DNA of 32,000 nt from an archaeon (lineage in GTDB: Archaea > Iainarchaeota > Iainarchaeia > Iainarchaeales > JANQMZ01): NCBI GenBank assembly GCA_028279805.1, contig JANQMZ010000007.1, forward strand, positions 90,001-122,000, given 5' to 3'. A program made the translations under genes and the position numbers. The notes under the pieces are model-generated. The model saw nothing but the letters and a program-made list of their open reading frames with translations, ran no database searches and was not told the origin of the DNA. This document shows positions 1 through 8,997 of the stretch, in pieces; the stretch's first letter is position 1, and the number at the start of each line of letters is the position of its first letter.

Positions 1-42
1 AAAAGTCCAGGCATCCAGCCCGATAACCATTACTTTTCCCAT
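1..42 (-). CDS. partial CDS (first 14 codons, continues off the left edge); N-terminus resembles alkaline-phosphatase-superfamily (type I phosphodiesterase-like) proteins
   Basis: Minus strand reads ATG GGA AAA GTA ATG GTT ATC GGG CTG GAT GCC TGG ACT TTT = MGKVMVIGLDAWTF. The V-I-G-L-D-(G/A) beginning is typical of AP-superfamily enzymes. AGGCG lies 5 nt upstream of the ATG. Too short to be sure. Confidence 0.3.
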   Translation of the reverse strand, partial: MGKVMVIGLDAWTF

Positions 43-128
43 TTTAACGCCTTTTTTTTATGTTTTTGTATAAATTCTTTGTTTTTTGGTTTAACAATTT
101 TTGGGTACAACTTTAAACAGGCTTTTTC

Positions 129-1487
129 TTAAAGATAACCCATTCCTTTCATCTGTTCTTTTGTTTTATCAGTAATTTCAACTTGTATTTCTTTATCAGG
201 CAGCTTGTTATTTTTAATCAAATCATTAATCATTTTTTCAAATTCTGCAACTTTTTCAGGTTTTTCAGCTGCAAGATTTTTTAATTCACCCGGATCTTGT
301 TTTAAATTAAAAAGTTTTACATCTTGTGTTACAGTTTTTGTTAATTTTTTTTCCTTTGACAAATTAAAAAACTGTTTAACATACCCAAAAATGTTTTTTA
401 TAAACTTTAACGAAAAAACTTTTTTTGCTTCAAAATATTTTTTAATATACTTCCATTCATTTGTTCTCACAGAACGCATTAACTTAAAATGCTGCTGAAA
501 TTCTGTTATGCCAACCAAGTCAAATTCTTTTTCTCCTCGAATCATCGGCATTAAATTTTTTCCGTGAAATTTTGTTTTTTCTTTTATTTCTGTTAAACTT
601 AAAACAGTGGGCAGCAAATCAATATGCCTCACCAACGGCTTTATTTTTTTCCCGGCCGGAATCAAACCAGGGCATCTTATTATTATAGGAACTTTTACAA
701 CCTCATCAAACATATACCATAACCCGTGTCCCAACTGCTTGCTTTCTTCTTTCCTGTCAAATAATATTTCACCATTATCTGATGTGATTATGACAATTGT
801 GTTGTCAAGCAGATTCATTTTTTTTAATTCTTCAAATAAAATTTTTAATTTTTCATCAGCATCTTTTATTCCCGCATCATATAAATCTTTTAATGCTTCA
901 ATATCCTCCTTTGAAAACATTCCCTTGCTTGCAAATTCCTTTAATTTCGGAATGTCCGTTGCAGCTGTTTTTCTGTACCTGTTTTTTAAAGTTTTTTTTG
1001 ACAAATATTTTTCAGGCGGATCAAAAGGATAATGAATATCAAAACAGTGAACAAAAGCAAACCATTTTTCATTTTTATGCTGTTTAACCCATTCCAAAAA
1101 CTGTTCTGTTTTAATGTCAAGATTTCTTCCCTCATCATTGTAAACATCAAATCCTCGCTCCCATCCGAAATCTTTAGCCATTATTACTCCGCCAGTAAAA
1201 GCACCTGTTTTGTATCCTGCGTTTTTCATCATTTCAGCCCAGGTTTTATATTTTGGTAAAAGATAAAAATTTTTTTTATCCGCAGTATGCATAAAAGCGT
1301 TTAAACCGGTAAACAAAGCCATATGTGCCGGAGCAGTCCAGTTTCCCTGTGTTATCGCTGTTTCAAACAATGTTCCCTGTGAGGCAATTTTATCAATAAA
1401 AGGAGTTGTTTTTTTATGGTAACCATAACAACCCATATGATTCTGCCTTAAAGAATCAAGCAAAATTACTAACACATTTTTAGCCAT
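129..1487 (-). CDS. sulfatase-fold (alkaline phosphatase superfamily) hydrolase/transferase, Thr-nucleophile variant
   Basis: Long ORF with sulfatase-family landmarks (VLVILLDSLR, HYPFDPP, ITSDNGE, VPIIIRCPG). The nucleophile motif reads TAPAHMALFTG instead of C/SxPxR. ATG at 1487 is preferred; the ORF track starts at a GTG at 1496. Confidence 0.75.
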   Translation of the reverse strand: MAKNVLVILLDSLRQNHMGCYGYHKKTTPFIDKIASQGTLFETAITQGNWTAPAHMALFTGLNAFMHTADKKNFYLLPKYKTWAEMMKNAGYKTGAFTGGVIMAKDFGWERGFDVYNDEGRNLDIKTEQFLEWVKQHKNEKWFAFVHCFDIHYPFDPPEKYLSKKTLKNRYRKTAATDIPKLKEFASKGMFSKEDIEALKDLYDAGIKDADEKLKILFEELKKMNLLDNTIVIITSDNGEILFDRKEESKQLGHGLWYMFDEVVKVPIIIRCPGLIPAGKKIKPLVRHIDLLPTVLSLTEIKEKTKFHGKNLMPMIRGEKEFDLVGITEFQQHFKLMRSVRTNEWKYIKKYFEAKKVFSLKFIKNIFGYVKQFFNLSKEKKLTKTVTQDVKLFNLKQDPGELKNLAAEKPEKVAEFEKMINDLIKNNKLPDKEIQVEITDKTKEQMKGMGYL

Positions 1488-1666
1488 TTTTTTCACAATA
1501 CACTATTTTTCAAAGACACCTTTTTTAAGTGTTCTTTTAGCGTTTTTTTGTTATTGCACCAAAAAGCTATTTATATTCAAAAAAGCATTTATTTGAGTTT
1601 TAAACTGTTTTAAGGTGTTTTTTTATAAAAGTTCAGATTATTTTTAACGCATTTCCACCTCAAATT

Positions 1667-2830
1667 GTGGGAGGCTCAATCCGCGCCTATTCTTTCTGCA
1701 AATATTTAACAAAACTGGGACATGAAGTTTTTCTTGTTACAAAAAAACAATCCGAAAAAGATTTGAAAGATTTTCCAATTCCAAAAAACTGTCACATTAC
1801 CAGAACAACAGGCAAAATGCTTTCATTCATTTTTCCGGGAGCAGGCTATGTTCCTTTTTTTTTGTTTAACTCGCCTGTGCTGAACAAAAAAAACAAAATT
1901 GATTTAATTCACGGTTCCTCACCAACAATCGGTTCTGCTTTAACAGCTTTTTTGCTTAAAAAAATAACAAAAAAACCTTTTGTTATGGGAATTCGTGACC
2001 CGTGGATGAGAAGCGTTGAATTAGACAAAAACATTTACAGTTTTGCAAGAATTAATCCAAAAAAAGGTCTGGGAAAAATTAAAAACTTGCTTGAAAAAAA
2101 ACTTGTGTTTGCAGCTGATGCGATTGTTGTAACAAATCCTGCAATAATTGACGAAACAATTTTACTGCACCCCGGTTTAAACAGAAAAAAATTTTTTACA
2201 GTCTGGAATGCAGCTGATTTGGATGATTTTAAAAATGTTAAAACAAAAAAAGAAAAAAAATTTACAATTGTTTACTCAGGCGCTTTATACAAGTCAAGAG
2301 TTGTTGACAGTTTAATTAAAGCAATGCAGTTTGTTGACGCACAGCTGATAATTACAGGTTCCGGTCCCCAAAAAGAAGTTCAGTATTTTAAAAAACTTTT
2401 AAAGAAAAAAAATCTTGAAAAAAAAGTTTTAATGAAAGGCATTGTTTCAAACAAAAAACTTTATTCAACATGGCTTTCAGCTGATTTATTGTTTTCAGGC
2501 CTGAAGCCAATAACAGTTAACAAATATTTAATGCCTTCCAAAGTTTTCAATTACATGGCAGCCGGAAAACCAATTTTATGCACAGGCTGTGAAAATGGTG
2601 ACTTGGATAAAGTTTTAAAAAAATATAACTGCGGCAAAATGATTTATTCCGATAAACCTGAACAAATTGCCAAAGCAATAAACCATTTTAAAAAAAATAA
2701 GAATTTAATGAAAAAATTTGCTAAAAATGCAAGAAAAGCTGTTGAACAAAAATTTAACAGAAAACAACAGGCAATGGAACTTGTAAAAGCGTATAAATTT
2801 GCCTTAAAAAAGCCAAATTCTGAGGATTGA
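1667..2830 (+). CDS. glycosyltransferase family 4 (GT-B fold)
   Basis: FPPQIVGGS-type N-terminus, a central Rossmann-like segment, and a C-terminal E-x7-E-like region typical of GT4. The conserved N-terminal strand extends upstream of the GTG at 1667 (see finding at 1601-1669). Confidence 0.8.
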   Translation: MGGSIRAYSFCKYLTKLGHEVFLVTKKQSEKDLKDFPIPKNCHITRTTGKMLSFIFPGAGYVPFFLFNSPVLNKKNKIDLIHGSSPTIGSALTAFLLKKITKKPFVMGIRDPWMRSVELDKNIYSFARINPKKGLGKIKNLLEKKLVFAADAIVVTNPAIIDETILLHPGLNRKKFFTVWNAADLDDFKNVKTKKEKKFTIVYSGALYKSRVVDSLIKAMQFVDAQLIITGSGPQKEVQYFKKLLKKKNLEKKVLMKGIVSNKKLYSTWLSADLLFSGLKPITVNKYLMPSKVFNYMAAGKPILCTGCENGDLDKVLKKYNCGKMIYSDKPEQIAKAINHFKKNKNLMKKFAKNARKAVEQKFNRKQQAMELVKAYKFALKKPNSED

Positions 2831-2883
2831 TCCAATAAGTAAAAAAAGCTTTGTTGCGGAATGGTGTAAGGAGGAATTTTTTT

Positions 2884-4125
2884 TTGAAAATATCTGTAAT
2901 AGGTTTGGGCAGGGTAGGATTGCCTTTTGCCGTGTTTTTGGCTCACAAAGGTTTTCAGGTAACCGGCCTGGACATAAATGAAAAACTGGTTCAAAAGATT
3001 TCCACAGGCAAAGCTCCTTTTTTTGAACCAAACCTTGAAAAATTGTTAAAAAAAACAATTGAACAAAAGACTTTTCAGCCCACAACGGATTATGCCCAGA
3101 CAGCTGATTCTGATATTTTTTTAATAACAGTCTGGACACCTGTTGAAAAAGCTGAACCTGACCTGACTTCTCTTGAAAAAGTTTTTTCACAACTCGAAAA
3201 ACATTTCAAGCCGGAGCAATTGTTTATAATTAAGTCAACTGTTCCTGTAGGAACTTCCAGAAAATTTTTGGAACAGCTTGAAAAAAAATGGAACAAGAAA
3301 TGCGGAAAAGATTTTTATTTTGCTTTTGTTCCTGAAAGAATGGTTGAAGGAAAAGCACTTGAAGAAATTGAAAAAATTACAAAAATAATAGGTTCAAAAG
3401 ACGAGCAAAGTGAAAAAAAAGCAAAAGAATTTTTTAAAAAAATAGGGGGAAAAATTGCAACAGTTGACCTGGAAACAGCTGAATTTGTTAAAATTCTTGA
3501 CAATGCATACCGTTACACTAACATTGCAATAGGCAACCAGATTTTTTTCTGGTGCAATTCTCTTGGCTTGGACGCACGAAAAGTTATAAGCGTTGCAAAT
3601 GAAGGCTATGAACGCAACAATATTTTTTTGCCCGGTCCCGCGGGCGGCCCTTGTCTGGGAAAAGACACCAAAATGTTAAAATATTGTGTTGAAAAAACAG
3701 GTTTTAATCCGAAACTTGTTGATATTGTTCTTGAAACAAACAGCAAAATGAATGATTTTATTGTAAACATGGCTGAAGAAAAACTTGGCAGTTTAAAAAA
3801 CAAAAAAATTCTTGTATTCGGAGTTGCGTTTAAAGGAAAACCTCAGAATGATGATATCAAAAACAGCCCTGCCATTCCCATTATTTCAGAATTAAAACAA
3901 AAAGGTGCAACGGTTTATGCTTTTGATTCTCTTGTTTCGCAAAAAGACATTGAAAAAATTGGCGCAATAAAAACTGATTCAAATAATACAGATGTTGACC
4001 TTGCTTTGGTTTTAAACAATAACCCCGATTTTGAAAAAATCGATTTTTCAGGCTTTAAACAGGTTATTGATTGCTGGAATGTTGTTAAAAAAAAGCCTCA
4101 GAATTATACTTGCTTGGGTATTTAA
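2884..4125 (+). CDS. nucleotide-sugar 6-dehydrogenase (UDP-glucose/GDP-mannose dehydrogenase family, WecC/Ugd-like)
   Basis: KISVIGLGRVGLP Rossmann motif and catalytic GGPCLGKDT motif. AGGAGG at 2869-2874 sits 9 nt upstream of TTG 2884, favouring that start over the ORF-track TTG at 2851. Confidence 0.85.
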   Translation: MKISVIGLGRVGLPFAVFLAHKGFQVTGLDINEKLVQKISTGKAPFFEPNLEKLLKKTIEQKTFQPTTDYAQTADSDIFLITVWTPVEKAEPDLTSLEKVFSQLEKHFKPEQLFIIKSTVPVGTSRKFLEQLEKKWNKKCGKDFYFAFVPERMVEGKALEEIEKITKIIGSKDEQSEKKAKEFFKKIGGKIATVDLETAEFVKILDNAYRYTNIAIGNQIFFWCNSLGLDARKVISVANEGYERNNIFLPGPAGGPCLGKDTKMLKYCVEKTGFNPKLVDIVLETNSKMNDFIVNMAEEKLGSLKNKKILVFGVAFKGKPQNDDIKNSPAIPIISELKQKGATVYAFDSLVSQKDIEKIGAIKTDSNNTDVDLALVLNNNPDFEKIDFSGFKQVIDCWNVVKKKPQNYTCLGI

Positions 4126-5484
4126 ATGAGTTATCAGAAATTAAGCGAATTGGTTATAGAAAACGATTTGTGCATGGATTGTGGTAGCTGTGTGGCGGCA
4201 TGCCCTGATGACGATTTGGAAATGATTGACGAAAAGCCCCAGAATCCTAAAAAAAAATGTAATCATGTTGAGGTTACCGCTGCCTGCCCGAGAATTTTTT
4301 TTGACGATGATTTTAATAAAAAATCTGTTGATGCTCAAAAATTTCATCCTTTTGTGGGCAAATATTCGGATATTTTTGTGGGAAAGACAAAAAATAAAGA
4401 TGTGTTAAAAGTTGCTTCCGGCGGAGGTGTTGTTTCAACTATTTTAATCAATTCAATTGAAAAAGGTTTAATTGACGGTACAACCGTTGTTGATTACAAT
4501 GAAGAAAAACCCTGGGAACCTGTTGTTAAAATTGTTAAAACAAAAAAAGAAATAATCAAGGCAGCACAATCAAAATATATTATTGTGCCTATGAATCCTG
4601 TTTTCAGAGAACTGGTTAAAAAAAAGGGAAAATTTGCAGTTGTTTTATTGCCATGCCAGGTTCAGGGTTTGAAAAAAATTTTAAAAATGGATAACGATTT
4701 TTCAAAAAAGCTCAGAAAAAAAATAGGGCTGGTTATTGCATTATTTTGTGCCAACAACAACCATTTTGACATGACTCAGTTTATGTTTGACAAATTAAAT
4801 GTTAAAAAAGAAAATGTCAGCGAAATAAATTTTCGTGTTACAAATATTCCCGGTGCATCTCAGACAGGCGGTTTTTTTGTCAAGTTAAAAAATGGTGAGG
4901 AAAAATATTTTGACAAAGAATATTACAATTTTTTAAGGCATTTTTTTATGATGAAAGGCTGCAAATATTGTACCGATTTAACAGGAGAATATGCCGATAT
5001 TTCTGTTGGAGACATGTGGCTTTCAAAATACAGGGATGGAAACGAATTGCCTGCAATGCTTATCACCCGGACAACGCGTGGCAAAAAAGTTTTGGATGCT
5101 GCAAAAAATCTTATTGAATTTAAAAAAATTCCTTTAAATGATTTAATTGAATGCCAGATTGATTCTTTTCTGGATAGAAAATTCAGAACATTTCAAAGAC
5201 TTGAAAGAAAATCAAAAAAAGGACATTTTGTGACAAAATATAAAATGGACCGCGTTAAACCCGGTTTGGAACTGTATAACGGCTGGAAAGTCAAAAACTC
5301 TGATCCGGGCTGGATTATGAGCAGAATTGAAAGTGTTTGGGAATTTTTGCATAATTTAAAAGACAGTTCTGTTGGAAGAATTTTTTTGAAAATTATTCCG
5401 TTAAAAGTCTGGCATTTTTTCATTCACTATTTTTACAGAATTACTTTTTTTGTTTTAAGAAGAAAAATTTTAACAAAGGATTAA
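4126..5484 (+). CDS. FrhB-family (coenzyme F420 hydrogenase/dehydrogenase beta-subunit-like) Fe-S flavoprotein
   Basis: N-terminal CMDCGSCVAACP (CxxCxxCxxxCP) plus a second C...CP half-motif. ASGGGVVS flavin-site-like motif and a C-terminal Cys-containing region (GCKYCTD). The ATG directly abuts the upstream TAA (TAAATG). Confidence 0.7.
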   Translation: MSYQKLSELVIENDLCMDCGSCVAACPDDDLEMIDEKPQNPKKKCNHVEVTAACPRIFFDDDFNKKSVDAQKFHPFVGKYSDIFVGKTKNKDVLKVASGGGVVSTILINSIEKGLIDGTTVVDYNEEKPWEPVVKIVKTKKEIIKAAQSKYIIVPMNPVFRELVKKKGKFAVVLLPCQVQGLKKILKMDNDFSKKLRKKIGLVIALFCANNNHFDMTQFMFDKLNVKKENVSEINFRVTNIPGASQTGGFFVKLKNGEEKYFDKEYYNFLRHFFMMKGCKYCTDLTGEYADISVGDMWLSKYRDGNELPAMLITRTTRGKKVLDAAKNLIEFKKIPLNDLIECQIDSFLDRKFRTFQRLERKSKKGHFVTKYKMDRVKPGLELYNGWKVKNSDPGWIMSRIESVWEFLHNLKDSSVGRIFLKIIPLKVWHFFIHYFYRITFFVLRRKILTKD

Positions 5485-5485
5485 A

Positions 5486-6835
5486 ATGAATATAAAAAAA
5501 GCAATTGAATTAAATCTTGGCTGGCTTGATTCAATGCATCAAAAAAAAGGCTTTTCAGGGCCTGTGACACATTACTGGAAAGATTCCCTGAATTACATTG
5601 GCCCTTCTCTTGACTGGGCTTATGAAGGATTAATAATTTCATTCATTTCATTGTTTGAAAAAACAGGACAAAAAGAATTTTTGGAAAAAGCGGTAATGCT
5701 TGGAGATGAACTTGTTGAAAACCAGAACAGTTTTGGAACTTTTTTTAATTCAAATTTTGAATCAAATCCGTCAATTTTTGACGGTTCAACTCCTCATGAA
5801 ACAGCTGCATGCATCGGCTTAATGCATCTTGTAAAAAAACTGGATTCCATGGGTCAAAATTTTGAAAAATATTTAAATGCTGTTAAAAAAAATATTGAAA
5901 ATTTTCATTTAAAAATTTTATGGGATTCAAAAAAAGAAGCTTTTTTTCAATATCGTTTTGACAAAAAACTGCATGTTCCAAACAAAAATGCAACAATTGT
6001 TGAACTTCTTTTACTGGTTGACGATTTTTTAAAAGAAGAAAAATATTTTTATTACGCCAAAAAATCCTCAGAATTTATAATAGCACAACAGCATAAAAAT
6101 GGAGGAATTTTTCAGTCAGATTCCCGGAAAAGAATTATAACTTTTTACACTGCCAGATGCATTCCCGCTTTAATTCAGATGTATAAAAAAACAAATCAAA
6201 AAAAATTTTTAAACTCGGCTTTAAAAGCAGGAAAATTTATAGAAAAAATGTTTTCCCCTAAAAACGGCTTTTATTTTGGCTTAATGAAGCAAAAAAATGA
6301 ATGGCTTTTGTTCAAATACCCTGTTTTTATTGCAGGTTCAGCAGATATTATAAGGGCTATAATTGAACTGCAAAACTTTGGAAAAAAAAGTGTTTCAGAA
6401 AAAATAAAATGGTTTTTATCAAAACAAAACCCGAACGGCTCTTTTCCGACTTCTTTTGGAATGAACAAAAAAAACCAGGCAACCGATTATTCCGGCAAAC
6501 CTTTCTGGCGTGATATTATAGGAGTTGTAGGATGGAATGACAAAGCGTTAAGGCTTTTGGTTTCGCTGTTAAAAAAAAGAGAAAAAATAAAACCTTTGCA
6601 GATTAAAAATTTTGAATTTGAATGCGAAGATGCTTTTTTTAAAGAAACTAAAAGCAAAATAATAATTTCAGGAAAAGAAAATTTTGTATTTAAAAAAAAT
6701 GCAGTATTTTCCTCCAACAATTTTTTTAAAAAAATAATTTTAAAACTGGCTTTAATTTATTCTCAGATTTTTAAAGATTATAAATCAAATTCAGTCGGTT
6801 TCACAAGAAAAGTTTTCAATTTTTTATTAAAATAA
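5486..6835 (+). CDS. uncharacterised cytoplasmic protein with prenyltransferase/squalene-oxidase-type alpha/alpha-toroid repeats
   Basis: Two clear Q-x2-N-G-(G/S)-(I/F) repeat motifs (QQHKNGGIF at aa 200-209, WFLSKQNPNGSF at aa 309-320) plus two degenerate copies. No signal peptide. The start lies 1 nt after the FrhB-like stop. Confidence 0.45.
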   Translation: MNIKKAIELNLGWLDSMHQKKGFSGPVTHYWKDSLNYIGPSLDWAYEGLIISFISLFEKTGQKEFLEKAVMLGDELVENQNSFGTFFNSNFESNPSIFDGSTPHETAACIGLMHLVKKLDSMGQNFEKYLNAVKKNIENFHLKILWDSKKEAFFQYRFDKKLHVPNKNATIVELLLLVDDFLKEEKYFYYAKKSSEFIIAQQHKNGGIFQSDSRKRIITFYTARCIPALIQMYKKTNQKKFLNSALKAGKFIEKMFSPKNGFYFGLMKQKNEWLLFKYPVFIAGSADIIRAIIELQNFGKKSVSEKIKWFLSKQNPNGSFPTSFGMNKKNQATDYSGKPFWRDIIGVVGWNDKALRLLVSLLKKREKIKPLQIKNFEFECEDAFFKETKSKIIISGKENFVFKKNAVFSSNNFFKKIILKLALIYSQIFKDYKSNSVGFTRKVFNFLLK

Positions 6836-8944
6836 TTTTCTTATCTGCTTTCTTACCTTGAATGCGGTTTCTGTTGCCTGTAATGCATCTTCAAGATTTT
6901 GTTCAATACTAATTTTTCCAAGCAATGCATTTTTCAAATCAATCAGTTCCTGGTAATGCCCTTTATCCTGGTTTGCAAGCCTTATTTCTTTTCTGTAAAA
7001 CCCGTCGTATAATTGTAATATTTTGTAGTCATGCATCTGCACGGTTTTTCCCTGCTTTGATGCTTCCATTCTTTCTTTTACAATTGATTCTGCTCCCAGA
7101 TTTGTGCATCTTAATGTTGCAACTGAACCGTTTTCATATTTTAATACTGTAACAACATTATCATCTGTTGCCTTTTCTTCAAGCATTCCCGCACCAAAAG
7201 CTTCAATTTGAACAGGCTTTGATTCTGTAAAATAACTAAATAAATCGTAATGATGAATCATTTCGCTTAAAACCCTGCCTCCGCCTATTTCGGAGTCATA
7301 AACCCAGTGTTTTGTGTCCTGTGGCAGAATATTCAGCTTATAGTCAATCATCCATGGTTTGTCATCAGAGCCAAAAAATTGTTTTATTTTTCTTGAAAAA
7401 GGAGCATATCTTTTATTCTGCCCGATCATGCATACAAGTTCAGAATGCCTGTTTTTTTCTTTAACAAATTTGTGAAACTCTTTTTCATTTAAAGAAACAG
7501 GTTTTTCAACAAAAACATGTTTTCCTTTTTTTAAAGCTTCAACTGCTATTTCAGTATGCATATCAGGGCGAGTTGCAATAAAAACCAAATCAACATTTTT
7601 GTTTTCTAACACATTTTTATAATCGGTTGTGGCTGTTCTTGCATTAAACTGTTTTGCTATTTCTTTTGAATTTTTTCCGTCAACATCCGCAACACTTTCA
7701 ACTGAAAAATTTTTAATATTAAAAATGTTGGAAGAATGAATCACTTTAAAAAAATGCCCCGGCCCGATCAAACCAATATTAATTTTTCCGCTTTTTGTTT
7801 TTTTTCTTTCACTTATTTTAACAGTAAAATCTTTTTTTTCCAGTTTTTTTTCACTATATTTAAACAAAACGGATAACGAATTTTTATCAGTCAGATTTTT
7901 GTAAGCTTTTTCAACATCTTTTAATGAAAAAATATTGCTTGTCAGACTTTTTACATTTATTTTTTTATCAGCAACAAGCTGTAAAAAAGACTCCATGTTT
8001 CTCTGGGCAGTCCATCTTACATAAGAAACAGGATAATCTGTTCCTTTCAGTTCATATTCCTGGTCATATCTTCCAGGGCCATAAGCTCTTGAACTTATAA
8101 TGTCAAGTTCTTTTGCATATGAAATGCCCCGGTCAATATCCAGCCCTACATGCCCTAAAACTATGATTTTTGCTTTTTTTCTTGCAATTTTTCCGGCCAA
8201 ATTTATGGGAGAATTTGTTTTTCCTGAAGCTGAAATTATAACGGAATCACATCCCATTTTTGTCAGCTTGTTAATTTTTTCTTCAATTCCTTTTTTTACT
8301 TCAAATCCTTTTGCTCCAAATTTTTCAGATAGCCTTACACGGTTTTTATCCAAATCAATTCCGATTACATTTATTCCTGAAGCTTTAAGTATTTGCACAG
8401 TTAATTGTCCCAGCAATCCCAAACCTATAACTGCAACAGTTTCCCCGATTTGTGTTTGTGAACGCCTTACTCCGTGCATTGCAATTGAGCCTACGGTTGC
8501 AAAAGCAGCTTCTTCAAATGAAACATTTTTAGGAATTTTTACAGCAAGATTTTTTGGCACGCACGCAAATTCTGAATGTGTTGCAAAACCAGCACCCCCG
8601 CATGCAACTTTATCCCCAACCGAAAATTCTTTAACATTTTTTCCGGTTTGCACAACAATTCCGGATGAACTGTATCCGAGATTTCCAAGCTGTTCAACCC
8701 TCCCTTGTATTTCTTTCAAAGTATAAGCAGGGCCAACTTTTTGTGCTTTTTTTAATATTGATGCAAGAGTTTTTGTTTTTGCTTTTTTTGAAATTTTTTC
8801 CTTTGAAGATTTAACAACGCTTAATTCTGTTCCTGAACTTATTAAAGAATTTTTATTTTGAACAAGAATAAAATTATCCGAACACTGGGGAACCGGCACA
8901 TCTTCAACTGTTATTTGTCCTCTTTTAACGAAAACTTGCTTCAT
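6827..8944 (-). CDS. bi-domain oxidoreductase (N-terminal Zn-ADH/MDR domain fused to a C-terminal Gfo/Idh/MocA domain)
   Basis: N-terminal half: VPVPQ...SLISSGTE and a GLGLLGQLTVQILKASG Rossmann motif. C-terminal half: IGLIGPGHF Rossmann motif and the VFVEKPVS (EKP) motif of the Gfo/Idh/MocA family. 705 aa in one uninterrupted frame. Confidence 0.8.
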   Translation of the reverse strand: MKQVFVKRGQITVEDVPVPQCSDNFILVQNKNSLISSGTELSVVKSSKEKISKKAKTKTLASILKKAQKVGPAYTLKEIQGRVEQLGNLGYSSSGIVVQTGKNVKEFSVGDKVACGGAGFATHSEFACVPKNLAVKIPKNVSFEEAAFATVGSIAMHGVRRSQTQIGETVAVIGLGLLGQLTVQILKASGINVIGIDLDKNRVRLSEKFGAKGFEVKKGIEEKINKLTKMGCDSVIISASGKTNSPINLAGKIARKKAKIIVLGHVGLDIDRGISYAKELDIISSRAYGPGRYDQEYELKGTDYPVSYVRWTAQRNMESFLQLVADKKINVKSLTSNIFSLKDVEKAYKNLTDKNSLSVLFKYSEKKLEKKDFTVKISERKKTKSGKINIGLIGPGHFFKVIHSSNIFNIKNFSVESVADVDGKNSKEIAKQFNARTATTDYKNVLENKNVDLVFIATRPDMHTEIAVEALKKGKHVFVEKPVSLNEKEFHKFVKEKNRHSELVCMIGQNKRYAPFSRKIKQFFGSDDKPWMIDYKLNILPQDTKHWVYDSEIGGGRVLSEMIHHYDLFSYFTESKPVQIEAFGAGMLEEKATDDNVVTVLKYENGSVATLRCTNLGAESIVKERMEASKQGKTVQMHDYKILQLYDGFYRKEIRLANQDKGHYQELIDLKNALLGKISIEQNLEDALQATETAFKVRKQIRKLF

Positions 8945-8997
8945 TTTAACACAAACCTGAAATATTCTAAAAAACGTTTATAATAGCTTTTTTGGTA

